A stretch of 64,000 nucleotides of DNA from Nitrosopumilus sp. (GCA_965238275.1 OZ250186.1:1-64000); one strand, 5' to 3'. Positions 40,774-51,320 are shown, counted from the stretch's first letter. The notes: generated by a model not told the origin, from the sequence alone. Translations and numbers: made by a program.

Positions 40774-41990
40774 GCCCCGGCTCCCTCAATCTCCCTTCGT
40801 ACTAACGACTCGGTCTCTTTAATTGGTTTGCCGACTGCCTCAGATATCCGCTTCAGATCATCAAACTCTATCTTAAAGTCGGTTCTTCCCTTGAACGTGG
40901 ATCTTTTGAAGACTACCTGGAATGAGCGTCCCTCCACGGATACGTGTGTGTTGTGGATCGTGCGGGAAACTACAAACCGGGCGGATTCAGAGATCCGCAC
41001 TCCCAGGGTGCCAGTCTCCAGCACCATTGTATCGACAATCCGCTCAACGTCCTCATCCCTGCATATGACAGATATCAGGTTTGTTGGCCGGCCCTTCTTG
41101 GTTGTTCCAGGGCAGATGGATGCATCCAGCGCCCCGTCCTTCATGACCCTTTCAATCATGTTTCCCAGAACCTCTCCGGAGACATCATCTACGTTTGTCT
41201 CAAGAATCTTTACAGTGTCCATGCCAAGGCTGCCTGTCGTGCCCCTGACAACCTTCAGGACGTTTGCAAATCCTGCAAAGTCCTTCTGGCCTGCACCATA
41301 ACCTACGGATGCAACCTTCATCGGGGGGTAAAACTCTGCGGATCTGTCTGCCAGGCTTGCCAGTATGCAAGCACCTGTGGGAGTGGTGGTTTCGCCACCG
41401 GCAGTATTTCCCATGATTGTAAGATCCGAGCCCCTGAAAATCTCAAGTATGGCACCTGCCGGATTGGACGTGGTTCCGTGCGAAAACGTCACAGAGCCTC
41501 CACCTACTGCTATCGGAAGGCATACAATCTCCTCATCGAACATGCCCAGGCTCTCCAAGGCTACTGCCACCCCCACTATGTCAGCCACGGTGTCAAAGCT
41601 GGATGCCTCGTGAAGATGGACAGAGTCCCCCCCGGTCCCGTGTATGCCGGATTCTGCCCGTATCAGGGCGTCTATGCAGGATACTGCAAATGACTGCGCA
41701 TCACTGGAGATTTCCAGTGTGTCGACTGAATTGGCCACGGCCGTCCTCATGTCAGCGCCGGTTCTCTCCTGCACATTCTCGTCCACATCCAGAACAAGGC
41801 CCACTGCCTGAATCCCGTTCTTTTTAATGCGACGGAACCGAATCTCCCGAATCGACGAGCCGGGCAGAAACCCCTCGGATCTTCTTATCGCGTCAATTAT
41901 GCGATCCTCGTCTGCCCCAAGATCCACCAGGGAACAGAGCATCATGTCGCCGGATACGCCGGCAATCTGGGGATCAATTACGACTACCAT
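40770..41990 (-). CDS. larC: Nickel-pincer cofactor nickel insertase LarC
   Basis: Motifs GVSGDM, VHLHE, TPTGA, ETNVDD, KKGRP and ETGTLGVR. One uninterrupted ORF. Confidence 0.94.
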   Translation of the reverse strand: MVVVIDPQIAGVSGDMMLCSLVDLGADEDRIIDAIRRSEGFLPGSSIREIRFRRIKKNGIQAVGLVLDVDENVQERTGADMRTAVANSVDTLEISSDAQSFAVSCIDALIRAESGIHGTGGDSVHLHEASSFDTVADIVGVAVALESLGMFDEEIVCLPIAVGGGSVTFSHGTTSNPAGAILEIFRGSDLTIMGNTAGGETTTPTGACILASLADRSAEFYPPMKVASVGYGAGQKDFAGFANVLKVVRGTTGSLGMDTVKILETNVDDVSGEVLGNMIERVMKDGALDASICPGTTKKGRPTNLISVICRDEDVERIVDTMVLETGTLGVRISESARFVVSRTIHNTHVSVEGRSFQVVFKRSTFKGRTDFKIEFDDLKRISEAVGKPIKETESLVRREIEGAGA

Positions 41991-42204
41991 AGTAGAGACC
42001 GCCAAAAATGATTATTAAACCCGTCTGATACAGGACCGCTCCCACCACAGGCATGCGGCATCAGACAGCCACCATTGGTCTGAATCCTGCATGGGGGAAT
42101 CGTGCAGGGACACGGATCGTGCTGCCTGAACGGGGCTGCAAGGAATGCTGCTGATGCTGATGGATGTCATTAGGTTTAATTACGCATGCCTGAATGACAA
42201 TTCC

Positions 42205-43122
42205 ATGATTACCATTATTGGCTCCGGAAAGGTTGGCGGAGACGCGGCAATGTTTTCTGCATTGAAGCGTCTGGATGATCAAATCCTGCTGCTGGATCTA
42301 GTCAAGGGGCTTCCGCAGGGGGAGGCCATGGACATAAACCATATGCTCTCAGAGCAGGGAATCGACGTGGAGGTAAAAGGCTCCAACGACTTTGCAGACA
42401 TGAAGGGCTCAGACATTGTAGTCGTGGTTGCAGGCTCTGGAAGAAAACCCGGAATGACAAGAATGGATCTGCTAAAGATTAACGCATCGGTGGTAAGGAG
42501 CGTGGTAGGCGAGATCAAAAGGCATGCACAGGACGCCATGATAATCCCGGTGACCAACCCCTTGGACCCAATGGCATACATTGCATACAAGAATTCCGGA
42601 CTCGACAGGAGCAGGGTGATTGGAATGGGCGGAATGCTTGACCTGTCCAGATTCAAGCAGTTCATACACGAGGCCACAGGATACTCCCGCGACTCCATAA
42701 GGGCGCTGGTAATAGGGGAACACGGCGAGAACATGCTTCCCCTGCCAAGGTTCTCATCAGTGTCAGGAATTCCGCTCTCAGACATACTCTCAAAAGAGGA
42801 GATGGACGGCCTGGTCCTCGATACAAGGCAGGTTGCAGCAGAGGTCATATCACTCAAGGGCGCCACGGTGCACGCTCCGGGAAACGCCATATCCACCATA
42901 ATCGAGTCAGTCAAAAATGACGCAAGGCGGGTAATTCCGGTTGCAGCATACCTTGACGGAGAGTACGGCCACTCGGATGTCACAATCGGGGTGCCGGCAG
43001 TAATAGGAAGGGACGGCATCAACAAGATTATCGAGCTTGACCTGAATGACGAGGAGAGGCGGGTCTTTGATAACGGGGTCGGGAGCGTCAAGGACGCCAT
43101 CCAGGCAGTAGTAGGAGACTAA
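42205..43122 (+). CDS. mdh: Malate dehydrogenase (LDH-like)
   Basis: Motifs [16 protein letters not shown] (Arg typical of MDH), TNPLD and GEHG. Confidence 0.95.
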   Translation: MITIIGSGKVGGDAAMFSALKRLDDQILLLDLVKGLPQGEAMDINHMLSEQGIDVEVKGSNDFADMKGSDIVVVVAGSGRKPGMTRMDLLKINASVVRSVVGEIKRHAQDAMIIPVTNPLDPMAYIAYKNSGLDRSRVIGMGGMLDLSRFKQFIHEATGYSRDSIRALVIGEHGENMLPLPRFSSVSGIPLSDILSKEEMDGLVLDTRQVAAEVISLKGATVHAPGNAISTIIESVKNDARRVIPVAAYLDGEYGHSDVTIGVPAVIGRDGINKIIELDLNDEERRVFDNGVGSVKDAIQAVVGD

Positions 43123-43155
43123 GCCTTTTTTTACCAATACAGGACAAGACCAACG

Positions 43156-43965
43156 TTGGATCTGTACGAGATTCTTGAATCACTCAAGGCGGGAAACATG
43201 TCAGTGGACGAGGCAGTCAGGATGATCTCGCTGCACTCCATAGAAGAGATCGAGGGGTTTGCAAAGATCGACATAGGCAGACAGGCCAGGAGAGGCGTCC
43301 CGGAGGTGATCCTTGCAGAGACAAAGGAGCCGGACCAGACAGAGGAGATCATCAGGAGGACCCTGGAAAAGACCGACTCGGTACTGGTATCAAGGATTAG
43401 GAAGGAGGATCGCCCAAGGATCATCGCGCTGGCAGAGGAGCTCAAGGTCATGACAAACATCGGAAGAAGCTCGTCTGCCATACTGCTATTCAAGAGGCCC
43501 ATAATGCCCGGCAACGGAAAGGTCGGAATAATCACTGCAGGTACTTCTGACATCGGGGTTGCAGAGGAGTCCAGGCTCATGTGCGAGGCAATGGGGTGCA
43601 GGTACATTACAAGCTATGACGTGGGGGTTGCAGGAATCCAGAGGATCTTTCCGGTCCTCAAAGAGATGGTCAGGGAGGACGTGGACTGCATCATAGTGGC
43701 TGCAGGAATGGAAGGCGCGCTGGCCACGCTTGTCTCGTCCATGGTGGACATACCTGTTATCGGGGTTCCGACCTCCGTGGGATACGGATACGGCCAGAAG
43801 GGGATGGCTGCCCTGGCCTCGATGCTTCAAAGCTGCTCATCAGGGCTGTCCGTGGTAAACATAGACAACGGAATTGCAGCAGGCGGAATAGCTGCAAACA
43901 TTGCAAACAGGGCCGCAAGAAGAGGCACAAGACAAGAAGAGGGGGACGGGACCGATGCACCGTAG
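43156..43965 (+). CDS. larB: Nickel-pincer cofactor biosynthesis protein LarB
   Basis: Motifs AGTSDI.VAEE, DVGVAG, AGMEGAL, PTSVGYG and VVNIDNG. Confidence 0.94.
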   Translation: MDLYEILESLKAGNMSVDEAVRMISLHSIEEIEGFAKIDIGRQARRGVPEVILAETKEPDQTEEIIRRTLEKTDSVLVSRIRKEDRPRIIALAEELKVMTNIGRSSSAILLFKRPIMPGNGKVGIITAGTSDIGVAEESRLMCEAMGCRYITSYDVGVAGIQRIFPVLKEMVREDVDCIIVAAGMEGALATLVSSMVDIPVIGVPTSVGYGYGQKGMAALASMLQSCSSGLSVVNIDNGIAAGGIAANIANRAARRGTRQEEGDGTDAP

Positions 43966-44172
43966 TAACAGGCATGGGGGCATTCTGCACTGCACGCACA
44001 TTGTCTGACCGGACTGCCTCAAGGACGTCCGTACATCATTTGCATCCCGTCCCGTTCCACGCAACAGTGTGTTTTTGAGCGGATTGGCATCCGGATTCAC
44101 AGGCGTGGAGGAACCGCCGGGATTCCGGCATCCTCGTAAATGATATATATCATCTTCAACGAATTGTGATAG

Positions 44173-45753
44173 TTGTCTGGAAAACGCATCGTTCTTACTG
44201 CTGATCGTAGTCTCATGACAAACTACCGCGGAAACTTTCTGTACGGATTTATCGCATGCGGCCCATACGAGGTTCTCCCGGAATGGGTCTTTGACAAGGT
44301 CTTCTGCCCATCAGTCGAGACAGACAAGGTCACCGGCCAGGTCAAGGTCGCCCAGGTGGGACTGAGAAGGGTGGAGAGCTCGCTGATTCAGGGAGGATAC
44401 AAGAGGGAGGACGTCTTTATGGCACACCCCGAGATGCTGCACAAGTCAGTGGGGCCAGACACCAAGGTTCTTGGAATCAACGTCATGGATCCGCTTGGAA
44501 TGGCTCCGGTTACCACCACGATGTCCCCGGAGAAGCTCTCCTATGTCGCAATGAAGTTCAAGAAGATGTGTGCCGAGATCATCCAGCTGAAGAAAAAGTA
44601 CGACTTCAAGGTGGTGGTAGGAGGGAACGGCGCATGGGAGCTTGCAAAGTCAGACAGGATGAAGATTCACGGGATTGACACGGTAGTCGTAGGGGAGGCC
44701 GACGAGCTTGCAGTGGATCTGTTTCAGGATCTGGAAAAAGACGATGCCCCCGAGCTCATGCACTGCTTTGTAAGAAATCTTGAAAACATACCCACAATCG
44801 AGGGCCCCACAATCAATTCGCTTATCGAGGCGATGAGGGGCTGCGGGAGGGGATGCGACTTTTGTGATGTAAACAAGAGATCAAAGAAGGATCTCCCGCT
44901 GGACAGGCTGCAGCACGAGGCCAAGATCAACCTTGATTACGGATTTGACTCAATCTGGCTGCACTCAGACGAGATGCTGCTTTATGGATGCGACAACAGG
45001 GACTTTATTCCAAACCGGGACGCAATAACTGACCTGTGGAAGGGACTCAAGTCGCTCGGGGCAAACTTTATCGGAACCACCCACATGACGTTTTCGGCAG
45101 TTGCAGCAGACCCCACCCTGATGCACGATATCGCACACATCAACAAACAGCACGAGACGGGAAGATGGCTTGCAACCAACCTCGGAATAGAGACAGTCTC
45201 CCCTGCAATGGTAAAGAAGCATCTTGGAGTCAAGACAAGGCCGTTTTCTCCAGACGAATGGGGGAGCGTTGTAAGGGAGGGGGCAAACATTCTCAACAAA
45301 AACCACTGGTTTCCGGCAGCCACCATAATCATAGGCTGGCCTGACGAGACTCCAGACGACATCCAGTACACCATAGACATGATGAGAGACTTTAGGGAGA
45401 TGGACTTTAGGGGGCTTGTCGCTCCGCTGCTCTATCAGGACTTTAGCGAGAAGAATTCGATGCACTTTGGAAACCTCAACGGGGCACAGTTTACGCTGTT
45501 TTGGAAGTGCTGGGAGAACAACCTGAGGGTAATCAACGACATCATTCCAATCATCCTCAGAAACAAGACGTACGGGCCCCCAATGAAGGTATTCATGTAT
45601 GGGATCCTCAAGGCAGGCACATGGGCGATAATGAGATACCTCAGGGGCCTGTGCAAGGATCTCTTCAACGGCAGAACCCCTGATGAGATTGTCAACAAGT
45701 ACGCAAGGAGCCTCTCCGTATCTGCGCCCAAAATCCAGACAAAGAAATTATAG
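44173..45753 (+). CDS. Radical SAM protein with B12-binding-like N-terminal region
   Basis: CxxxCxxC motif (RGCGRGCDFC), VVVGGNG and GEAD. Confidence 0.9.
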   Translation: MSGKRIVLTADRSLMTNYRGNFLYGFIACGPYEVLPEWVFDKVFCPSVETDKVTGQVKVAQVGLRRVESSLIQGGYKREDVFMAHPEMLHKSVGPDTKVLGINVMDPLGMAPVTTTMSPEKLSYVAMKFKKMCAEIIQLKKKYDFKVVVGGNGAWELAKSDRMKIHGIDTVVVGEADELAVDLFQDLEKDDAPELMHCFVRNLENIPTIEGPTINSLIEAMRGCGRGCDFCDVNKRSKKDLPLDRLQHEAKINLDYGFDSIWLHSDEMLLYGCDNRDFIPNRDAITDLWKGLKSLGANFIGTTHMTFSAVAADPTLMHDIAHINKQHETGRWLATNLGIETVSPAMVKKHLGVKTRPFSPDEWGSVVREGANILNKNHWFPAATIIIGWPDETPDDIQYTIDMMRDFREMDFRGLVAPLLYQDFSEKNSMHFGNLNGAQFTLFWKCWENNLRVINDIIPIILRNKTYGPPMKVFMYGILKAGTWAIMRYLRGLCKDLFNGRTPDEIVNKYARSLSVSAPKIQTKKL

Positions 45754-46071
45754 GCTGGCCAGTGCCGCGTCTGCTATCGTGTTTCGTTTCGGAGTCAGGC
45801 ACACAAAATAGATCTTGTCTGCACGCTCGATTGAGGTGACCTTCTTGTAGGATTTTGTGGATACGGAAAACTCGTATATTCCGGGCTCAAGGGAGCCGCT
45901 TGCATATATCATCAGATAGGTATCCACGGTGGAAGAGCTGATCGGGATAAACGACATGACGTATCCCTTGTATGAGTTGATTGGCATCGTATTCTTCATT
46001 GGCGGTGCGGCCGAGGCCATGTACATAAAGATGTCCTCAAGTGTTTCAAATTCCTCGTATTCAATATGCAT
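45748..46071 (-). CDS. Hypothetical protein (107 aa)
   Basis: MHIEYEEFETLEDIF... The longer ORF-track version is readthrough from the IS66 end. Confidence 0.8.
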   Translation of the reverse strand: MHIEYEEFETLEDIFMYMASAAPPMKNTMPINSYKGYVMSFIPISSSTVDTYLMIYASGSLEPGIYEFSVSTKSYKKVTSIERADKIYFVCLTPKRNTIADAALASL

Positions 46072-46106
46072 GGTATGCGATAAGCGGTCTGAATATAATA
46101 ACCTAG

Positions 46107-47886
46107 GTAACAGTTTCGCTTTTTGAAGTGGCCTGCCTAACAGTGGAGCGGGTGCAGCCTTTCCCTTACCGTGAAATCTTTTTTCCCGTGATGCACCGCG
46201 CGTGTCGTAAGACGATGCCTCAACTGTCTCCAGAGGACGAGTGGACCAAGTGATTAAAGAAGCTGTTTCCGCTGATCCTGTCAGTTGCCAGCAGCGTGAA
46301 CAGGATCGAGTTGGCATCCATGCCCTTCTGGGAGCGGTTTCCGCCCCCGTCGCTCCTTATGGCCACGAACCTCCGGTTGACCCTCTCCACTGCGTTGTTG
46401 TCAGGCTCGATGCCGTCCACGTGCAGGCAGGTGGTCATAAAGTATCCCTCCCGGGGGTTCCTCTTCTTGTGTCTGGCGATGGTGCCGTGCCCATCGTCTG
46501 CAAACGGTTCGTTCATCAGCCCGCGCAGCTCCGCGTCTATGCAGTGGGCCGCGACGATCCTCGTGTGCCCGTCTTTGATCCTGGATGCGCGATAAATCTT
46601 ATCGTGGATTGCCGACAGCCTGTCCAGAAACTTTGGAACGTCACCTTTGGGGTTGGTCAGGACGTCCTTTTGCACCAGGCGTTCCTGATGCCACACGCAC
46701 ATCTGGCGGCACGATCCCACGTGGAGCCATCCTGCATACGAGTCCTGCGTTATGGTTCCGCCGTAGTCCGGGAGTGTGTGGCAAAGCGTCTTGATGTCCC
46801 GAGAGCCGGTCACCTCCACGAGGCAGGCGTCTTTTGCCAGGGCCACTATCCCGTAGCCGCGTTTGCCGCCCAACGGCCAGTGGAATTCGTCTGCGTTCAG
46901 GTGTGGCGCCTCTAACACGCGCTTTCTTACAGAATCACGCTCCGGTGCCATGCGCTCTGCCTGCCTGATCTTGCCGCGGTATGCAGACGGGCGCGAGATT
47001 TTGTGCCCCCACGCGTCACTGCCAAATTCTGCGGCCCTGGCATGCGACAAACCGTTCATGTTCAGGGACGTCATGGCCGCATCAAAGTTTGATGAACGGC
47101 GCGCGTGTTTTGCCACGCCGGGAACCCTTCCAGAGACCTGTTTTTTGCACCCGCGGCACCAGCGCCGCTTGATGACGTACCTGACGTTTTCCAGTATGAC
47201 GCGCATGACAGTCACGATGCGATCGTACCTGTCAGTCACGTCCGAAAGATTGTCGTTGCCACAGTCGGGACATTCCTTGCAGTCGATCTCCTCGACGCGG
47301 TCGACGCGTTTTGGCCTGCAGTTGATGGTGGGTTTTTGCCCCTTGGGCCTGCCGGCCTTCCTTGGGCCTGCCTTTTTCTTGGCCACGGTGGGGATGTTGA
47401 TCCTGTTGGCCTTGGCGTTAAGCTCCCTGTTGGCCTTGGCGTACCTCTTGTTGTCCTCTGTGAGGGATGAGACGAGTGCCTGCAGTCCCTCGATCTCCTT
47501 GCAGCCGGTACATGGTCTGCCTGCAACTTCGGCAGCAGCAGCAGCAGCAGCCTTCGGGATCTTGCCTGCCAAACCGATCGTATCGCCAAGCACCCTTGCC
47601 CAGAACCGGCAGCACCTGCATCCTGATTTCATGCACGCCCCTGCATCCGGTGGGATTTGTGGTAAGGGCAAGGAGGGCTCGTGCGTTGCCTTAAATTCTT
47701 CCACCTCCAAGCATGTCTGGCGTGCCGATTCCTTCATTTGCAATTCTCGAAGGGATTGGCACCCACTCATATTTGGATCGCGACGGCCTAACTTTGTCGT
47801 CCCGAGCACGAAATCATTAGATTCATTCCCGGCACCATGGATGTCCGCTAGGCCATCGGGGGCACTTCAAAAAGCGAAACAATTAC
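46107..47886 (-). mobile_element. Complete single-ORF IS66-family insertion sequence (1780 bp)
   Basis: 24-bp terminal inverted repeats GTAA(CA/TT)GTTTCGCTTTTTGAAGTG. Perfect 8-bp target duplication TAACCTAG at 46099-46106 and 47887-47894. Confidence 0.95.
46220..47809 (-). CDS. IS66 family transposase (TnpC-like)
   Basis: Coiled coil, GRPKGQK, CPDCG zinc finger, ADE, QD.Y, QMCVWH and PDNNAVER. Start may be ATG 47770. Confidence 0.92.
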   Translation of the reverse strand: MLGTTKLGRRDPNMSGCQSLRELQMKESARQTCLEVEEFKATHEPSLPLPQIPPDAGACMKSGCRCCRFWARVLGDTIGLAGKIPKAAAAAAAEVAGRPCTGCKEIEGLQALVSSLTEDNKRYAKANRELNAKANRINIPTVAKKKAGPRKAGRPKGQKPTINCRPKRVDRVEEIDCKECPDCGNDNLSDVTDRYDRIVTVMRVILENVRYVIKRRWCRGCKKQVSGRVPGVAKHARRSSNFDAAMTSLNMNGLSHARAAEFGSDAWGHKISRPSAYRGKIRQAERMAPERDSVRKRVLEAPHLNADEFHWPLGGKRGYGIVALAKDACLVEVTGSRDIKTLCHTLPDYGGTITQDSYAGWLHVGSCRQMCVWHQERLVQKDVLTNPKGDVPKFLDRLSAIHDKIYRASRIKDGHTRIVAAHCIDAELRGLMNEPFADDGHGTIARHKKRNPREGYFMTTCLHVDGIEPDNNAVERVNRRFVAIRSDGGGNRSQKGMDANSILFTLLATDRISGNSFFNHLVHSSSGDS

Positions 47887-48110
47887 TAACCTAGGGCGTA
47901 TTTGCCCGCCGGCATGTCCTGAGTCCCACCCCATGAATCTACATGCGGCGCAGGCATCATTCCTCCCGACAGACCCAGTGCAGTCTCTTCCCCCCCCCCG
48001 TGTCTGCTCCCCTTCGGTCATGGGTGTGGGACACGGCATGTCTAGAAACGGTGCAAGGGCCAGGCAGGCGTCATGCAGAATAATCGTTCACGCGCAGAAG
48101 GCTGCCTGAT

Positions 48111-49118
48111 TTACAGCCTAGATCTTACCTTCTTGTGAATAGTAAATCCCACCATCGCAGGTGCTGCAACATACATGGCCAGATTCAGCGCAATCACAGA
48201 TATGCCCAGTCCCAGCACTTGGGCCTCAGAGCCGCCGTCGGCAAGAGTCATGATTGACAGCGTGGAGACCATCGGAGTGATAAACGCCCGAACCGCATCC
48301 CGGAAGAGCGGGTTCTCTCTTTCCAAGTCAGCTATGGTTGGCGAGAAGGAATAGTACAACTGGTTGAAACCCGCCATGAATGATGCGCCAGAGGCAGTAC
48401 CCATCACGGTGTTATCCCTTATCTCCCTCAGGATCTGAACCTGTGGTGCAAGTTCGGTGCCGTACGCTGCAGTCGCAATCAGGCATCCGCCGGGAGGATC
48501 ATCATCTGGAATTTTTTCACAGACTCCATCTACAAGTTGAGTGCCGGTTCCGCATATGTTCTCTGGTGGTGGTGGGGGTGGTGGGGGAGGTGGAGGTGGG
48601 GGAGGTGGCGGAGTTGGTTCTGGGTCTGGGTCAGTCACAGGCGGGGGTGCAACCACTGGTGGCTCTGGCGGGGGTGCAACCACTGGTGGCTCTGGCGGGG
48701 GTGCAACCTTTGTTGGGGGAGGTGGCTGGTCGGATGCAGAGTATGCAATTGTCGCCTCACCGGCAGCTGCGCGGCCAAATGTTACCAAAATTTGATAATC
48801 GCCACTCTTCCATTTGTCGCCTTGTGCGACAAGGCGGTCTGTAAAGGTGCCGTCAGATTCCAGCTCGGTCTGCGCAATATGTACAAGATTATTGGTGTCG
48901 ACGTTCCTTATCTGAATGGTAATAGCATCGCCTCTATCATTGTCACTATCTTTAATGGAACCGCTAATTACAATCGTATCACCTGTACCGTACCCAGACG
49001 AGTCGGTGGTGACTGTCAGAGGCGGGATGTCGTGTTCGTCAGCAAGCACTCCCACGGGGATACCGTATGAAAGTATCGACACGGCCAACAATACAACGAA
49101 AAACATGCCGGACTTCAT
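48111..49118 (-). CDS. CFI-box-CTERM surface protein with proline-rich linker
   Basis: Signal peptide, Ig-like domain, poly-Pro, CGTGTQLVDGVC, GGCLIATAAYGTELAPQVQILREIRD and a membrane helix. Confidence 0.92.
   Translation of the reverse strand: MKSGMFFVVLLAVSILSYGIPVGVLADEHDIPPLTVTTDSSGYGTGDTIVISGSIKDSDNDRGDAITIQIRNVDTNNLVHIAQTELESDGTFTDRLVAQGDKWKSGDYQILVTFGRAAAGEATIAYSASDQPPPPTKVAPPPEPPVVAPPPEPPVVAPPPVTDPDPEPTPPPPPPPPPPPPPPPPENICGTGTQLVDGVCEKIPDDDPPGGCLIATAAYGTELAPQVQILREIRDNTVMGTASGASFMAGFNQLYYSFSPTIADLERENPLFRDAVRAFITPMVSTLSIMTLADGGSEAQVLGLGISVIALNLAMYVAAPAMVGFTIHKKVRSRL
48640..48708 (-). repeat. 27-bp coding tandem repeat, 2.5 copies (VAPPPEPPV)
   Basis: GGCGGGGGTGCAACCACTGGTGGCTCT repeated exactly. 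Confidence 0.9.
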
Positions 49119-49173
49119 CTTGGAATTACTGACGCTACGAGGTTATTTATGTATTTAATGGGTCGGTTCACGC

Positions 49174-50229
49174 TGTATTGTAACGAAATTATGTCCGCCC
49201 CCCTTTGGTGGCTGTTTATCCATGGACATCCGCCTCCATCCAGTTTGGGTTGGTAGCTCTTGTGGATTCGTCTGCTGCCTTGTCATGGAACGCCTTGAGA
49301 GGCGTCTGGCAATTATCTATGTCAAGTGACCAGTGCAATCGTCTCTCGTTGTAGAATGTGATGAAATCTTCCAAGCTGTCGTGCCGTCCTACCTCGTCCT
49401 CAATGGTTCGGTGGAACCGCTCTAGCTTGCCGTTGGTCTGGGGGTGGTATGGCCTGGAGTTGATTAGGTGTATGTCAAGATCCAACAGCTCGTTTTCAAA
49501 GATGGTGGGTCTCCAGGATCCCTTTGGCGTGCCCCTTCGAACTCCCACAAAACACGAACCGTTATCGGACAGGATGGATGACGGGACGCCAAATGCTTGG
49601 ACGGCCTGCCTGAGCACCTGCACGGCGTTCTGGCCGGTAGCCTCATCAAACAGGCCAAACCCTGTCACGCATCTTGAGGCGTCGTCCAAGTACGTGATCA
49701 GGTTCAGATCCTTCATGCGGTAGTCTTTCATCACGTGCCAGTCCGTGTGCCACATGGAGTTTGAGTGAAGGCGTTCGTACCTTACCCACTTGCGTTTCTT
49801 TGATTTGGTGGGGCACGGTTCCACCAACCCGTGTTCCTTCATCACCTTGTATACGGTCCGCCCGCTTATGTTTTGATGCCTCAGTGCCTTGGCAACACGT
49901 CCCACACCAGCACCCTCGTTCCCATACGCATCCAGCACCCGCCTGACATCCTCATCGGATATCTTGGCAGCTGGTCTGCCTGCGCTCTTGATGACAGGTA
50001 ATGATCCTGTCGCCTCGTACAGGGACCAGAGGCGGCGCACATGACGGGTGCTTATCCCCACACCGTCTGCTATCTTTGTGTTGGATGTCCCTTTCTTCTT
50101 CTCGCGGATGACGTACTTGATTTTGGCATCATCAAGTTTGGTCGGCATTGGTCGTCCTGATCGGTGCAGCCTAATGAAGTCATGCAGGGTGCGTCGAAGA
50201 ATAGGTGGACATAATTTCGTTACAATACA
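49174..50229 (-). mobile_element. IS481-family element A (1056 bp)
   Basis: 26-bp terminal inverted repeats TGTATTGTAACGAAATTATGTCC(G/A)CC. 15-bp target duplication TGGGTCGGTTCACGC. Confidence 0.95.
49216..50148 (-). CDS. IS481 family DDE transposase A
   Basis: HTH, WHTD, SDNGSCF and PYHPQTNGKLERFH. Confidence 0.94.
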   Translation of the reverse strand: MPTKLDDAKIKYVIREKKKGTSNTKIADGVGISTRHVRRLWSLYEATGSLPVIKSAGRPAAKISDEDVRRVLDAYGNEGAGVGRVAKALRHQNISGRTVYKVMKEHGLVEPCPTKSKKRKWVRYERLHSNSMWHTDWHVMKDYRMKDLNLITYLDDASRCVTGFGLFDEATGQNAVQVLRQAVQAFGVPSSILSDNGSCFVGVRRGTPKGSWRPTIFENELLDLDIHLINSRPYHPQTNGKLERFHRTIEDEVGRHDSLEDFITFYNERRLHWSLDIDNCQTPLKAFHDKAADESTRATNPNWMEADVHG

Positions 50230-50246
50230 TGGGTCGGTTCACGCCC

Positions 50247-51320
50247 TCTATTGTACCGAAATTAGGTCGTCCTAATTTTAGACGTACTGCAAAGGAATAC
50301 TTTGTCCTTTATCGGTCAAGAAAACCGTTGATAAAACGCCTGACTGCAAAGACAATCAGATACGCAGTCACACAGTGCAGGAAAGGCCAAAAGACGTCCC
50401 AGATTGCCAAAGAGATAGGAGTCTCACAAAGGCACGTTCAGCGACTGTACGCCCGGTTCTGCAGGACAGAATCCCACCACGTTCCAATGCCAGCGGGAAG
50501 AAAGCCCATACGGGCCACCGAAGACGAGATACGGCGGGTTCTGGACATGCACGCACGGGAACCGGTAGGCGTGCTGCGCACGGTAGGAAATCTCAAAACA
50601 GACTGCGATATAAGCTACAGACGGGCATACAGGATCATGAAAGAGCATGGTTTGGTAACGCCCTCGGCTGCAAAGTCAAAGAAGAGAAAGTGGGTCCGTT
50701 TTGAGAGGAAATACTCGAACGCAATGTGGCATGTGGACTGGCACGTCATGAAGGATCCGCGCTTCAGGGGCCTCAACCTGATAACGTACCTGGATGACTC
50801 ATCCAGATGCATAGCAGCAGCACAGATGTTCACCGAGGCCACCTCTGAGAACGCGGTGGCCGTGCTGCGAAAGGCGATCGAGACGTTTGGAACACCTGCC
50901 ACCATACTGTCTGACAACGGCTCATGCTTTGTAGGCGCGGCAGGCAGGCACAAGAAAGGAAAAGATGGCCGGAGAAGGAAGGCAGCTGCAGGATCATGGC
51001 AGCCCACCGCCTTTGAGGCCGAGCTGCTGGACCGCGGAATTGAACTGATAAACACCCGGCCGTACCATCCACAGACCAACGGAAAGCTGGAGCGGTTCCA
51101 CCGCAGCATAGAGGAAGAGATTTACCATTACGAGTCGCTGTCCGACTATGTCCAATACTATAATGAGCGAAGGCTGCACTTTTCACTTGACATGGCAAAC
51201 CGTGAGACACCGCTCAGAGCGTTTTCCGCAAGAAAGGCCACAGATGAGATCAGAAAAGACAACCCCCAATGGATGGAGGTAGACACTGATGAGTAGGCGA
51301 CATTATTTCGGTATACTACA
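50247..51320 (+). mobile_element. IS481-family element B (1074 bp)
   Basis: Imperfect terminal inverted repeats (TCTATTGTACCGAAATTAGGTCG / TGTAGTATACCGAAATAATGTCG). 15-bp target duplication GGTCGGTTCACGCCC. Confidence 0.92.
50328..51296 (+). CDS. IS481 family DDE transposase B
   Basis: HTH, WHVD, SDNGSCF and PYHPQTNGKLERFH. TTG start inferred inside the element. Confidence 0.93.
   Translation: MIKRLTAKTIRYAVTQCRKGQKTSQIAKEIGVSQRHVQRLYARFCRTESHHVPMPAGRKPIRATEDEIRRVLDMHAREPVGVLRTVGNLKTDCDISYRRAYRIMKEHGLVTPSAAKSKKRKWVRFERKYSNAMWHVDWHVMKDPRFRGLNLITYLDDSSRCIAAAQMFTEATSENAVAVLRKAIETFGTPATILSDNGSCFVGAAGRHKKGKDGRRRKAAAGSWQPTAFEAELLDRGIELINTRPYHPQTNGKLERFHRSIEEEIYHYESLSDYVQYYNERRLHFSLDMANRETPLRAFSARKATDEIRKDNPQWMEVDTDE

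Noticed and set aside
40279-43100. Long antisense ORFs over larC, larE and mdh
   Set aside because: Antisense shadows of well-supported genes.
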